Assembly (NCBI GenBank): GCA_036172245.1
Contig: JAYWIR010000023.1
Location: 2,542,001 to 2,606,000, forward strand
DNA: 64,000 nt
Source of the DNA: Raillietiella orientalis
Taxonomy: Eukaryota
Reading direction: 5' to 3'
Position 1 is the stretch's first letter. Every line of letters starts with the position of its first letter. The position numbers and the translations under genes are program-made. Positions 38,001-50,185 of the stretch are shown one piece after another. The notes beneath the pieces are model-generated. The model did not search any database, was not told the DNA's origin, and saw only the letters and a list, made by a program, of their open reading frames with translations.

Positions 38001-39365
38001 GCGGAGTCCGGCAGGTGGAGAACGAGACGTTCCTTCGCCCTTTCTCCCGTACCCCTCCCGGGCTCCTCCCGTGGTCCATTTGAGGTGCCCTTTCTGGCCC
38101 CAAAAAGCAGCAGCAGCGGAAAAGTTTTCTCTCCGACCTCCACCCCTTCTACCGACCCTTGTCCGCAGGAAATGAGTCCTAAGAGCGGGGGGTGGGGTGA
38201 GGAAAAGGGGCCGCCTTTCCCCCCCGCACTGTCCTTCCCAGAATCTGAGTACCGTGCAACGGCCCCTCCGCTTCCCTCCTGCCCCGTTCCCGGTCGGGAT
38301 CTCCCTCTGCTCCTTCCTTCCTCGCTCGCGAGTTTTTGGACCTTCCCAAGGCACGTCGACTCCGAAGCTCTCCGGGAAGACGAAATTTTTCATCCCTTCA
38401 GAAGGGAGACTGGGCGGAAAATGAGGGGTAACAAGGCGGGGGAAAAGGGGGTAGGGCTGCAGCTTCGCTCCTCCACACACTTCGCCCACGCGGCCGCCTC
38501 GCCCCTCCCTCCCCTCCTGGAGCCGCGCGAGAGAAGCCTTGTCCCCTTCCCTTCCCCACTCTTCCTGACTTTGTTCTGTTCAAGGTCCTCTTGGATCCCG
38601 GGTCTGAGAACTCGGGTGCTCCCCCTTCGCCCCACCCTGTTTGGTTCCCTCTCAAGAGCGCGGCCACGCTCAGGGCCCTCTTCTCCGGCTTACCAGACGG
38701 CTGCTGGGGTCCCTCCCTCTCCAGAGGAGTCTCCAAGGTTACCAAGGCCAAGACGGAGATCTTTCTGCATCCTGGGTCCCCTCCTTCTGGACTGTGGGGC
38801 GAGGAGACACGGTGTCGGGGACGAGACAACCGAGGGATACGCCTGTGCCTCGGCACCAGGAACAGAAGGGATTTCGCTGCGGGGCCGGCCCCAGCCAGAT
38901 GCCTTCAGAGGAGAGGGGCAACGGGAAGAGGTTGTCTGCCTTCGAGGACGGCCCTTCTGCCCAGGACATTGAGGTGGTCTAGAACAAGGATGAGCGCGAG
39001 CCTCCAGAGAGACGACCGGGCTCCTCGCAGGGCAGAGATCCGATAAGGGTCAGGAATGACGGGGACCGCAACGCACCTTCGGGGGCCTGCACGCTTCTTT
39101 CCGGTTCTCTCGATCTCCGGAGGCAGCGGGTGCACTGCACTGCCTCCCTCCATTTCGCCGTTCCTCGGGGGTGGAAAGGACTCGTTCCATCTCAGACATT
39201 CGATCTCTCGGGAGCGTGGCCCGGTGCTGAGATGCTTTCTGGACCAGGGAGGGACGTTTTCCAGCTTCCCGGGAAGGGCGTAAAGATGTTCATCTTCGGC
39301 AAGGGAGAGGAAGAACGTTGGGGTGCCACTCCCCTGCTGTGCATTCCTTCCCATGCCTCTGTTGC
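35010..39365. repeat. Diverged direct repeat of ~230 bp (35010-35245 and 39133-39365)
   Basis: Collinear with no indels seen; shared core ttcccgggaagggc.taaagatgttc.tcttcgg.aagggaga. Confidence 0.9.
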
Positions 39366-41316
39366 AGCACGGGACGATGCGCCTCCCCTCCCCTCACATC
39401 TCGTGCCAAGTTATTCGTCTGATCATCTCCCCTTGTCCTATGGTACCCCTGGAGTTGGCAGTGGGATGCAAGAGTGAGATCCCTCGTCGGGTGAGACTCC
39501 GGTCTAACCCTCCTTCCCTCTTCCTTTCTCCCTAGTTTCACCTTCCTCCTCCTCCTCTTCCATCCTCTTCTCCACTGCCCTTGCCTCCTGGTCCCACTCT
39601 CGGGAGCACCAAGATTCCCTGGATCCCGAGACGCTACGAATGCAGGCGGGACCTGCCGCAATCCGTGGGGATCTTCGGAACTCCTCCCTCCCGTTCGATG
39701 GCGTAGGTCCCACGCAGGAAGCTGACTGACCCTGGACCTCGTCTCATGGCAGCGTCTACCCCTGCACAAAGGAGCGGGTGCGGGGAGGAGGTCCAGCCTG
39801 GCAATGCCTGGCGCAAGGAGCTGTTGCCATGCGGACCTTCCCCGTGGCCTCCACCGCGCACTATTTGTTCCCCTCACCTCCCCACTCCGCCTCCATCCTT
39901 CATCACCGCCAGATTTTTATGCCCTGCCATGAAAGCGAAGCGATCCCTAAACCTTCCAGCCAGGCCCTGAGTGGGACGCCTCCGGGAGAGATTCGAGAAA
40001 CGATGGATCTCCGTTCGGAAGCTGCGAGGTTGGGCCCCGCCGGTTCCGGGAGTCCTCTCGTCCTCGGCCGAAGGGGAGCAGGGAGGGAGGACTTGCCGCC
40101 GAGCTTCTGAGGTTCGACTCGCTCAGTGGATCCATGCGGGTCCAGACTGGAAGCTTCTGGGTCGATCCGTTAACTCCTCCCGCAGCTTCCATGCGGGGTG
40201 AAACCCCAAAGATCGTGTGTAGGGGGGCTCGGAATCCGCCCGCCTCTTCCTTCCGAGGTGGGTGTCTTCCTCCTTCCCCCAATCGGGCCCCAAAGCGCCC
40301 CGTGCCTTGCCCCGTGCAGGGCCGCCGGAAGGGAAGGAGGGAGGGAGCGGCAGCTGGGATGCGGGTGCGGCGAGGAGAGTCCGGCGCCTGCCGTGGCTTC
40401 CGCCCTTCTTCGAACGCCCTTGCTCGGATCCCGCGCCCGCCCTCTCGCAGGAGAGGGGGTGGACGCTGTGGATTCTGCTCGGGATTACTCTCCTCTTGGG
40501 GATCGCGCCGATCATCCTGACCCCTCGTGGGAGAGGTGCACCCGTCCGGCACACCTCGCGGCGCGCCTCCCTGGGGGAAGGCATTCGTGCGAAGGAGCAC
40601 TGTGGACCTCCACCGTGGACGCCCTCCTGGAGATCCGAGCGCGATGGAAGGTCAGCCGCTCGCTGAGACCCAGCACTGAATGCAGTACGCGGATGACCGC
40701 GTCCGAGAGAAATGGACCTGCCCGAGAAAGAGGAGCCCCTGAGCCCGGAGAAGCTATCTCGGGGGAAGGGGTGAGAGACAGGAGTGCGCATAGCGGGCCA
40801 GCCCTCGGGTGGCATTTGGGCGTGGAGCGGAAGGGGCGGGTCGAATTCCCTCCGAGAAAGATCACTCGCTTCGGGGAGCCAAGGAGGAAGCGGGAGATCT
40901 TCCTCTCCCCCCCCCCCCTTCCAGGAAAAAGAGGGAGATGAGAGGACTTCAAGGAAAGGGAAGTCTCCTGCTCTTCTGGAGGGGGAATCTCCGGGAGGAG
41001 TTCCTGCCCGGGGGGGGAAGGTTCACGAGACTGAGAACGCCACCCGGAGCGCCCTTGGAGCTCAGTGGGTGAGGAGTTCAGGAAGGCGGCGGCGCTGTGG
41101 GTCCAGGAAAAGTAGGGACGTCGCTCCTCCCCCCGCCACGCACGTCCCGGAGCTAAGGGGAACTCCAGAGGCGTCTTCTGGAGTGGCGAGGAGAGTATGG
41201 CACCTCCTCTCCCACTCCCACTCCTCCTTCCAGATCCAAGGGAGAAAAAAAGACGGGAGGGAACCGGGATCGGCGGGGAGAGTCTGGAGAGTTGTCCCCT
41301 CCCTACCCCTAATCCG
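37597..41316. repeat. Diverged direct repeat of ~200 bp (37597-37802 and 41119-41316)
   Basis: Both copies share gcacgtcccggag..., tccagaggcgtcttctggag, ctcctccttccagatcc and aaaaaaagacgggagggaaccgggatcggcggggag. Confidence 0.9.
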
Positions 41317-42310
41317 CCGCCGGGGGCGCTCCGGACGCTATTCTCCAGGCCCGCAGAGGGCAAGGGATCTCCCGGAGCGAGCGGAACCCGTGGTGGCAGG
41401 TGGGGGGAGAGGCGTCCCTACGCCCTTTCTCCCCTCTCCCTCCCCTGCCCCTCTTGTGGTCTACTTGAGGAGTCCCCTCCCCGCCTTAAGCAGCAGCAGC
41501 GGTGGAAACGTCTCGCACCGGGAAGGTCCTGCGGTAGGTGCAGGCGGACGAGCAAGACGGTCCCGGACGCGGTCGCCCGGCTTTCTGAGTCCCTGCCAGA
41601 GGGAAAGAGGCAGCTTGCCGCCGCACCGGGGCTGGCCTTTTCACTCCTCCTCCAGGCCGGAAGGGGGGAAAAACGGGGCTGTTTTTCCTCCCCTTCCCGG
41701 CTCCATTCGCGGCTCCTAGGAATGTGGAGCGCGCCGAACCCGGAGAATCGCGTGTGATCCCCGGGCTTAAACGGCAAGGAACGGCATGCTAAAAACGGAC
41801 GCGCCCCTCCCTCAGGAACCACTTCCCGAACGCAGGCGTAAGCGTCTTTGGAGCCAGCTGCAGAGGGCCCACGACAGGAGCTGCGATGACACGTCTCCCA
41901 TCCGGCGCGGAAGGAGCGCGCCAAGAAAAGAAGGAACACAGAGAGGAGATTGGCGAGAAGGGGGGGGAGGGGAGGCTCGAGCGGATGCTCCCGCGTGCGA
42001 GCAGCCGTGCAGGCCTTCTTTGCCCCCACCCCCGCCACCCCTTACAGTGCCCATAGCAACAGATACTGGCCGGGCGAGTGCTCGCGAGCTGTTCCGGGCA
42101 CGCCGCTGACTCATGGTCCACGGAGGTGCGCAGAATGGGAGTGCCATACTCCGCGGTCTTCCCCCTCCCCCTGCCCCTTCCTTTTGGAGCTGTGCGCAAC
42201 CGTTGGCAGGCACTCCCATCCCGAAGTATGCGAACCTCATTAAGAGGCACCAGAAAATAAACACGGGAGGCGCGTCATCCCGGCACTGGAGCTTTTTGTT
42301 TCCTTTACAG

Positions 42311-42380
42311 ACAGCATAAACAACGGGTTTCTGGCACCTGCACGGGCATTTCCGTCTACGCGAGACGCTGGAAGTAGCAG
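42311..42380 (+). CDS. Putative exon (..SINNGFLAPARAFPSTRDAGSS..)
   Basis: Acceptor ttttgtttcctttacag, donor cag|gtagtc; phase 1 in and phase 2 out, matching the next exon. Confidence 0.5.
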
Positions 42381-42597
42381 GTAGTCTCCAGGCGCAGGAC
42401 ACGGCCTCGCGGCGCAGAGCGCCATGTGCGCCGCTAGGCGGCTCTGCGTCCGCACGTTGCTCCCCTTTGCGAAGGAGCGCGTGATGCGTCCGGGGAGCCT
42501 GCGCGGTGTTCCGCTCTGGGATGAGTGCGGTGGTCGGGGTGGGGCGCGTTACTTGAATCAGACCTGCCTTCTAAACGCTCCTCCCCTTGTGTTTAAG

Positions 42598-42670
42598 GAA
42601 CTCGGGATACATGGACCCCGGTGCGCAGTCGCACAATGATCCCGGTAGAGCTACCACGAAGTCCACCAAG
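42598..42670 (+). CDS. Putative exon (NSGYMDPGAQSHNDPGRATTKSTK)
   Basis: Acceptor ccttgtgtttaag, donor aag|gtaaca; phase 2 in, phase 0 out; frame open. Confidence 0.55.
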
Positions 42671-43039
42671 GTAACAGATTCTCTGTATCATCTTGCTCGA
42701 ACCGCACGTCTTTGATGGATCTTCCCCGTTCGGATGTGCAGTTCTGTTCTCGAAAGCAGAGGACGTTGCGAGAAAGATGCTGCGTGCGCTCTCCTCGCCT
42801 GTTAACCTAAAGCGGATTGACGTGCTTCGGGATGTTCCCGTTTTCCGTTGTTTCGCTTCCCGTTGTCGGATCGCTGCACACTTTCGGACTGGTCTACACG
42901 GAATTTTCGATGACGGCAGCCAAAGATTTGCGGTTTCGTGCGATGCCACCATGCGAGAGCACAGAGCAACGGGCTCAAACGCGAAGCACGCAGAGTAGCG
43001 ATGGAAGTGAATTCCATCTGTTTACGTCGAGTCGAATCC

Positions 43040-45860
43040 TGGCAGTTTGTTCCAGAACTTTTTTTTTTGCGCCTGTAGGCGATGAGATGGATGTGTAAAC
43101 TCTTTGCTTTTGAAATCTTCCCAGAACCGCCCTCGCAGTCGAAGTTTCCGGTAGGTCAAGATGCACGTCAAAGGGTTGGGAGGGATCCTAAAAACTACAG
43201 ACGCTATCGCATCCGTGAGCTCTAACTGGCATCTATGAATGAACGTGTGAAACCAAAGGAGGCACCGAGAAGGAAGATTCAAACTTCCCCCTGAGTAGAA
43301 ACCAGAGACTTCTTTTCCTAAGGGAACCAAAGAAGCTGTCCCGAAGTGACCTTACATGTCTGTTCGCCAAGCTTTCCTGGTCTGAAAGCTTTCTGCACCA
43401 GGGGACCTTTTCACCACCTTGCGGATCGCTTCTCCAAGTAGACAGGACCATCCGTTCTCAGGCAACAGTCCATTGTGCTAAGATGCACCCGAGAATCACA
43501 CCTCCCCAAACATCATTTCATCTCCTCTTTCAGTTCGCTATCTCCCAGGGATGACACTTTTGTGTGTTCCACCAACCACTTGTGAAAGCGTTGCGACTCG
43601 CAGGTTAAACCTGTAAAAGTAGAAAAATTCATGCAGGAAGCTGGCTGAGCGTGACAAAATGGCGAAGAGGGCCGACGTCGAGATGTTCCCTTTATCTTGT
43701 TCCCCATCCTTTCTGCCGCAAGCTTTGCCTATCACAGCGAATCACAATACATGTAATCACATACTGCACACGAATCACACAATCTAATCGGCATATGTGG
43801 GCGAAATAGAAAATCCAAATGCCTCCCTTCACAAATCTCTTCGATTCTCAGTTCCGAAAAGTCAACTTCATAATACGAAACCCATATCTAACACTGAATT
43901 CATCTAAAACTAAGTTCACCTAAGACTAAATTCACCTAACACTGAAGTCAGCTGACAGTAAATCCATTGAAAACAAAATTGTCCTAACACTAAATTCGTC
44001 TTACACTAAGTTCATCTAAAACAAATCCATCCAAAACTAAGTTCATCTAAGACTAAATTCACCTAACACTACATTCCTATCTAAGATTGTAACTACCAAC
44101 CTTCGAAGTCAGCAGCACCAAATCTTACGACTTCCCACAGAGATGGACTCATATCCACATACTCAGAAGATGTTGGAACACTTCACTTTGGCTTCACTCT
44201 GCCTTCAGAATCTGAGCTGGCACCTTGGGTTCCTCTCTAAGATTCATCATCCGTTCAGAACTCCCCCAGCCAGGCTTCTGAGCATCATGCTCACGCCTTA
44301 CCCACAATCTTCTTCGTAACATCAGCCATAATAAGAGGCTTCGGCGGTTTGACTTGCCTCCCTGTACTCGGTGCACCAGCCCTCCCACGCTGAAACAACT
44401 TCAGATTCTGTCTCTTACCCTCATTTTTCTCCACAATACTCCTTAGTGCCTTGAAAGGACCAAGAGCAGGTTGAACCCTCCACCTGCCCCTTACCAAGAC
44501 CCCCTTCAGTCAATCCATAAGAACTGATTGCGTCATCCCCTCTCTCCGCCTAGTCGGAGTCTCATCCATTCCTAGAGTCATCAATTTTACCACTAACCAC
44601 CGCCTTGTATTTGCCAACGCCACTGAAACAAGAACCTCCTATCGGCCTTTTTCCTTCTTTTTGTCCTGCGAATCCGGGTTCATTTCTTAATGGGAAAGAG
44701 GCGGCAGTTCTGAACGGGTTCCTCTAGCGCAGCCACTGCAAACCAGGACTTGCGATCCCTCATAAATAGCAGCTTCGTTCCTTCTATATTTCTGCCTCAC
44801 CATGACCATCGCAACACCAATGCTATCCCTGCTAAAGAACCTCCCCTCATTGGAACGTTTATGGACCTTGCAGCAGGAGTGAGAAGAGAGCTACACCCGC
44901 TGGGTTCGGGAGGAGAGCCTGAGGAAGATGCTGGGAATCAGGGGTGAACCATCGCGGTTTCTTTCTGGAGTAAGCACGGAAGCATCGGACACCGTTCTTT
45001 GGGAGAGGGTTCAGGACTTCAGAACACCCTTGCTCGAGGCTTACATCAGAGAGTCATCCACCCGCTCTGAGTACTCGGGGAATCTTGTGACTTGCTTTTC
45101 CCCCCGCAGAGGGCTCCGTGTTTTGAGCGCCTCTTGCCCTTCGGTTCATCTCACTGTGATCCTCGTGCTTGAGGGTTTCTGGAGATCTAGCCTGGTCGCT
45201 CTCATCTCCTCACTTGGAAGCATCACAGCCTCTGTGACAATGGGGAGCTTTGTCCTCACTGCAGCGCATCGGCTGAGGTTTTGAGAGAGGGCCGCTCACA
45301 TCTCCACCAAACTGAGGGAGCTGCATCAGAGCAATCTCCTCCCTTTGTTCCCCCGTTCGTTCGTCCTGCCTAAGTCCCAGGCCTTTCTTTCAGCTTCCAC
45401 TCCTCCCGGGCCTTGCCAGAGACTCTCCACTTTCTTGGAAGCTTTAGGGTCCCGGAACCCGGAGCACCTTGCTTCCTGGGAGTCGACTCCGGATTCCGCC
45501 TCCAGCTGCTTCTCGTGTCCCAGCCGGAATCCTGCTCTTCCTCGCGGCCGGGTCCCGTGTCCGGGAACAGGGTGTAGGAAACAAGCAGCTACCGATCTAG
45601 GAGTCTTCCACAGCTTCCAAGAGCTCCATCATCGTCTTCCCGCGGTGGCTGCTGCTCCTCCTCCTCCCGTAGCTTCAGTGGCCTTCCGACGAAAAGACAC
45701 GTCGTTTCCCTTCTTTCCCCGAGCTATGGGCGAGTGTCCCTCTGCTCCATCTGGAGCCACACTCCACCACCTGAATGGTGACCTTGCTAAGATCAACTGC
45801 CTCTTCTGTTGTGAACGTCCTCTCGCGCTCCCCTTAAAAAAAACAAGGATGAGCAAATGA
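43040..45860 (-). mobile_element. Decayed LINE 5' portion (gag-like ORF1 with zinc-knuckle remnants, start of ORF2), intronic
   Basis: CFSVGGLVHRVQGGKS...REHDAQKPG resembles decayed CCHC knuckles; composition matches the other TE blocks. ORF2 motifs are weak. Confidence 0.4.
43888..44070. repeat. 16-bp minisatellite, ~11.5 units, consensus CTAA(A/C/G)ACTAAATTCAY
   Basis: Units read directly: ctaacactgaattcat, ctaaaactaagttcac, ctaagactaaattcac and so on. Confidence 0.9.
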
Positions 45861-46319
45861 TCCACGAGTCGTTTCGAAGGTGGTGACTGGGGTCAGTTGA
45901 AACGAAGGGGAATCTTCAGGTAGCTCCCGACTGCGAATCGTGGACCCAAGAGCTTTTCCATTCTTCTCGCTAGAGACTGCCCGCGTGACATTTCTCGCTA
46001 TGGGTGACCCAAAGCGGCTGTTTCGGGTATTCGAAAGGACATTCCCTCTGCCGAAGCGCAGGCACCACCTCCTCCGAGAGCGATCGGTTCCCTGAGTCGC
46101 GGTCGGATGGCCTGCTTTGCCTTCAGCATCTGTCCGTGACAACAAGGGCCATTTTTTGGATTTTTTTTTTCTTTTCTTCGGGAGGCAGTGGAGCAAGCGG
46201 GTTCTTCAGATCGACTGACCAGTACATGTGGCGTCACATTGCTTACGGCGAAATGGGTCTGAGCGTGCGATTTCATCATCCTCTTTTTTTTTTTTTTTTT
46301 TTGTTCTCTGCTTGGTAAG

Positions 46320-46433
46320 GAGACTGAGGAGACGCCGTCTTCAGATCGCAAATCGCAACAAAACGCCCAAATCAAGGAATCTCGAGTTCCAAAGATCGCG
46401 GAAGCTGCTGCTAAGCAAGCAGGAAGACAAGGG
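46320..46433 (+). CDS. Exon (ETEETPSSDRKSQQ...AGRQG)
   Basis: Follows a long poly-T tract and taag; donor ggg|gtaaaa; 114 nt, phase 0/0; followed by a 52-nt intron. Confidence 0.6.
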
Positions 46434-46485
46434 GTAAAAAGCAAAGCTGTCTTTAGCTGTTTGTCTCATTTCTCTTTTCCTTAAG

Positions 46486-47019
46486 GTCGAAATCGAAAAG
46501 AGGGAGAGCCCTGTAGTTGGGAAAGACTCGAATCGGGATGGACGGACGGTTGTTAGGGATAGCGATTTAGCGAAAGCTGAAAGGAGTGAAGTTAAAGATG
46601 GTGCCTCCGAGTGCAGTCCTCAACAGGAAGGAGAAGAGGAGACAGAGGAAGAGGAAGTGGAAGAAGAGGAAGTAGAAGAGGAGGAAGAGGAAGAGGATGT
46701 GGAGGAAGAAGAGGAGGAAGAAGAGGTGGAGGAGGAAGAGGTGGAAGAGGAAGAAGTAGAAGAGGAGGAGGAAGAGGAAGAGGAACTGCGAAACGACAGT
46801 TCTAAAGAATGTGGCATCTCTGGGAGGAAAGACGAAACTGGACGAAGACAACAAACCAAAGCAAGCTCCAGTGTTCTCGAAGAGAACCGGACAAAATCTG
46901 TTCTCGAAGAGAAGAGTGGCTATCAGGAGCAGGAAGAGAAGGTGAAGAACGATTCAAAATACCATGAACGTGTGGTTCAGGACCAACGGAAGAAACAGAC
47001 TCGTTCTCTTGAAAAGGAG
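46486..47019 (+). CDS. Exon containing a poly-glutamate tract (VEIEKRES...EEEEVEEE...SLEKE)
   Basis: Acceptor tttctcttttccttaag, donor gag|gtaaca; 534 nt open, phase 0/0; mixed GAA/GAG codons at ~46627-46785. Confidence 0.75.
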
Positions 47020-47257
47020 GTAACATTTTGCTGGTATTTTTTCAAAGCCTGATAATACGCGGTTATTTGACAGGATGCTGTCGCAATGGAAGAGAGAAAT
47101 GATCACTCCCGAGTGCCTAAGAACGTTTACAGAAAGGTACAGTCTGATTTGCAAGAGAGCATGACTGGCTAAGTTGCAACTGGAAAAAAAAACAAAAAAC
47201 AAATAAACGTGTACTGCAAGGACTTCTGTGCGAATAACAAACTTTAATCCTTGCCAG

Positions 47258-47659
47258 CTTGAAGAGGGACCTCAATCCGATCTTAAGTCTTCTCTAGTGG
47301 GGAGTGGTGCTCTGAAGGAAGTGAGTAGTGCGAAACCCAGCGACAGAGATGCTTCTCTGCGTGCTGCCGAGGATCATTCCGTTATGGATCCCCCTGCGGA
47401 CACTCTAGTCGAAGTCACGCAAAGACGCACCGAAACGCAAGTCGCACCACCAACAGCCCGCGCCCTGGGTCCTGTCACCGGTAGAGAAGAACCGGGACCT
47501 CAGGACAAGGGCGCGAGCGCTCCCGCTGAGCAACGTGCTGCCCCCACGGCTCACGTCTGCAAAGACAAAGAAGCTCCCCCCTTGCCGGCCGATCCGGTCG
47601 GAGGAGCCTCCACGTTAGCAGAAACCGCTCCAAAGAGCGATTCTCATCGGCACATGCAG
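47258..47659 (+). CDS. Exon (LEEGPQSDLKSS...DSHRHMQ), disordered and Ala/Pro-rich
   Basis: Acceptor atccttgccag, donor cag|gtgaga; 402 nt open, phase 0/0. Confidence 0.7.
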
Positions 47660-47716
47660 GTGAGAGCCACGGGGTTCGCGCCGAAAAAAAGGGAAGGTAT
47701 GAGGAAAGCGGTCTAG

Positions 47717-48133
47717 GACGGGGAGAGAGGTGGCGGCGCCGAGATCACCAAGGAGAAAACCGGGGACAAGGAAAAAACGCAGCAACGCGTCCCGGGGAAG
47801 GTTTCGCAGGATCTCCCAGACGGAGAAAGGCTGCTGCTGCTGCAGCAGCAGCGCGCTTCAGGTGGCTTCGTAAAGGAAGCCTTGTCCCTCGATTCAATCT
47901 GTGGTCTCTTTGAAGGTCCTCCCGAAGACACAAGCGGCAAGGAGGCAAGAGAAGAGCAGCTCGCACATGCGCTTCGCGTCTCCGAGCCTGCGGGTGGCGC
48001 AACGGGTGCTAAGCGCGCCCCGACGACACACACAGTGGAGACTCAAACAGAGTACAAGGAAGAGGAGCACTTCTTCCTTCCCAGGAAAGAACCTGGTTTC
48101 CCGACCAGCCCTCAGCCTTTCCCGCCATATCTG
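47717..48133 (+). CDS. Exon (DGERGGGAEITKEK...QPFPPYL)
   Basis: 417 nt open, phase 0/0; donor ctg|gtaaaa. The acceptor (gtctag) lacks a pyrimidine tract, so the 5' boundary is less certain. Confidence 0.6.
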
Positions 48134-48188
48134 GTAAAAAAGAGGCTCCATGACTGAAAAGGCGCGAATCCCACTTCTGTTTTGGCAG

Positions 48189-48392
48189 AGTCCGCATCAA
48201 TACCCAGCGGCAGAGAACATCTACCCCGTTCCCATCAAGAAGCAGCACCTGACCACCCAGCTCAGAGAGATCATATCCGAGATAGATAGGGAGGTCGAAA
48301 TAGTTGATAGGAAAATCCTGCCCGAGAGAGAGGAGGAGCTCTGGAGCAGAAACGGCGGGCCCCGCGTCGCCTACGGGTCTGAGGGAACCCAG
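48189..48392 (+). CDS. Exon (SPHQYPAAENIYPVPIKKQHLTTQLREIISEIDRE...EGTQ)
   Basis: Acceptor cttctgttttggcag after a 55-nt intron; donor cag|gtttgt; phase 0/0. Confidence 0.65.
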
Positions 48393-48487
48393 GTTTGTTT
48401 CCTCTTTTCCGATGCGACCAGATTGACCCCCCATCATTGGATGAGGAAAAAGACAAGCTCCCCATCCTGACCATTCCTGTCGCACAG

Positions 48488-48529
48488 CTCTTTCCGAGCT
48501 CCGTCCCCGCCTGCTGGCAGCGACGGCCA
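48488..48529 (+). CDS. Small exon (LFPSSVPACWQRRP)
   Basis: Branch-like ctgac plus pyrimidines, then cacag; strong donor cca|gtgagt; phase 0/0. An alternative acceptor exists at 48421. Confidence 0.45.
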
Positions 48530-50112
48530 GTGAGTTCTTCAGCAAAACATGCGGTGGACTTCCGAACAACACAATGTGGACGGGGAGACCTCGCGGGTGT
48601 CCACGGTGAACCCAGGAAACGCTTCCGACGTGACGAAAACTGGAGACGGTCGAAAAGGAGAAAGGGGTTGCTAGGAACGGGGAGGGGAAGGAGGTGTGGG
48701 GGGGAGCGACGAGGAGGGAAGCGAGAAAACAGACGGAACAAAGAGATGCACAGGGCTCACGTGCATCCAGTTTACCCGCGACGCCCCCCTCGGGCACAAC
48801 CGGCGACACCGCAGTCGTGCGACAACAGATGGCGCCTTTCGTACGCATCATCGGTGGCGATGCGGTCGTTCAAAGAAATACAGCAGCAGTACGGTTCCCC
48901 ATAATCATAGACACAAAAAGGTTTTCATCACATTTACAGGCACGCACGCGCGCATATACACGCAAAATACAATCAAGGTCAATGGGATTGGTTTACTACA
49001 TGGGATGCTGGAGAGGAAGGATTTCTGCTTCGACATTTGAACGGAAAGGTCGCGCATGATCTCAAGCTGTTCTCTAAAGGCACACGGACAGAAACGCAGG
49101 ACGCTGCGTTCATCTTACGTTTCTGCTTGGGCGCTTCGACGTTCCGCGCTCCTTTCTTGGATGAATTCGCTGGAGGAAGCTCCGAAGAGTGCATGTTCGA
49201 ACAGCGGCCGCCGCAGAACCGTTTTTCCAGCCCGCTTCCTCTTGTTGCCCTTCAAGATTGCTGCCGGTGGTGTGCGTTTCCGGGAGCTGGTTTTCCTGTC
49301 GGACCGCCCGCTCTTTCTAACTTTCCACCCCTTCACGGTAGATGGCACTGCACCCCAGAAATGCTTGCGGTGTATGTGCGCGCGTGTTTTCTTTCTCCTC
49401 TGTGAGTAGAAAAATGTATTTTTTTTTTTTCATTTTTTTTTTTCTTTGGTGTGATATCTACGTCCCTCAACCGCAAAAGAAAAGCAAAAAGCTGGGGAAA
49501 ATGCGGTCCTCTCCCAGCTAGGTCGAACGGTATACTTCCAGAAATCACTTGAGCAAACCTCTTTCGGAATGAATTAATGAGGAAGTGGAAAATCTGTGAC
49601 GCGCTGTGACGAGGAGCGTGGGAAGCAGAAACGAGCCATGGTACCGCCCGGAGCGCGCGTCTTTCTGCTTCAGCGCTCGCGAATGCAGCCTTTGGGCAGG
49701 GCGCACTTTAAGACTCTTGTTTGAATTTCAGGAGATCCTTCTTTCGAACGATCAATGCGAAGACGGACAGGTGATCGTAAGTTGTGCATCTCCAGGTTAT
49801 AGACACAAAACAGTCTTCTCGTTTGCTGCACGAGAAAAAAAAACACACACACACACTCACACATACGAATCCTCACATGGTTGTTAAGAACAACCGGTAG
49901 CAGCTCTGCAGTGGATACCGATCCGAACATAGGCATCACGACACAGAAGCCATCTCACAGTTCCCAAACACGATTTGTCAGACACTCGCTGCACACCTTC
50001 TTCTCCCTTGATAGAAAGGGTCGAGAAAAAAAAAAAGAAAAGCATTTCCTCATCCTCTGATTCCTCCTCCGAAACTGAGCTTTTAGAAGTTTCACTGTTG
50101 TTCGATATTCAG

Positions 50113-50185
50113 GTTGGCGAGAGACACATCCCGCTGACGAAACTTTTGACACCAGCTATGGATGCCCCCACGATGAAGCATCGAG
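50113..50185 (+). CDS. Exon (VGERHIPLTKLLTPAMDAPTMKHR)
   Basis: Acceptor gatattcag, strong donor gag|gtgagt; phase 0 in and phase 1 out, joining 52140 to read KHRGKMFSSSSFY. Confidence 0.75.

Noticed and set aside
30800..42300. Long ORFs of 200-310 aa on both strands
   Set aside because: Same GC shadow-frame effect; none has a recognisable domain or consistent splice support.
43888..44070. Possible CRISPR array
   Set aside because: Contiguous 16-bp units without unique spacers, no cas genes, eukaryotic context.
46567..46859. Poly-Ser and poly-Phe/Leu ORFs on the minus strand
   Set aside because: Antisense shadows of the poly-Glu exon.
48393..48421. Apparent 29-nt micro-intron
   Set aside because: A better acceptor with a branch-like ctgac at 48487 keeps the same phase and gives a 95-nt intron.
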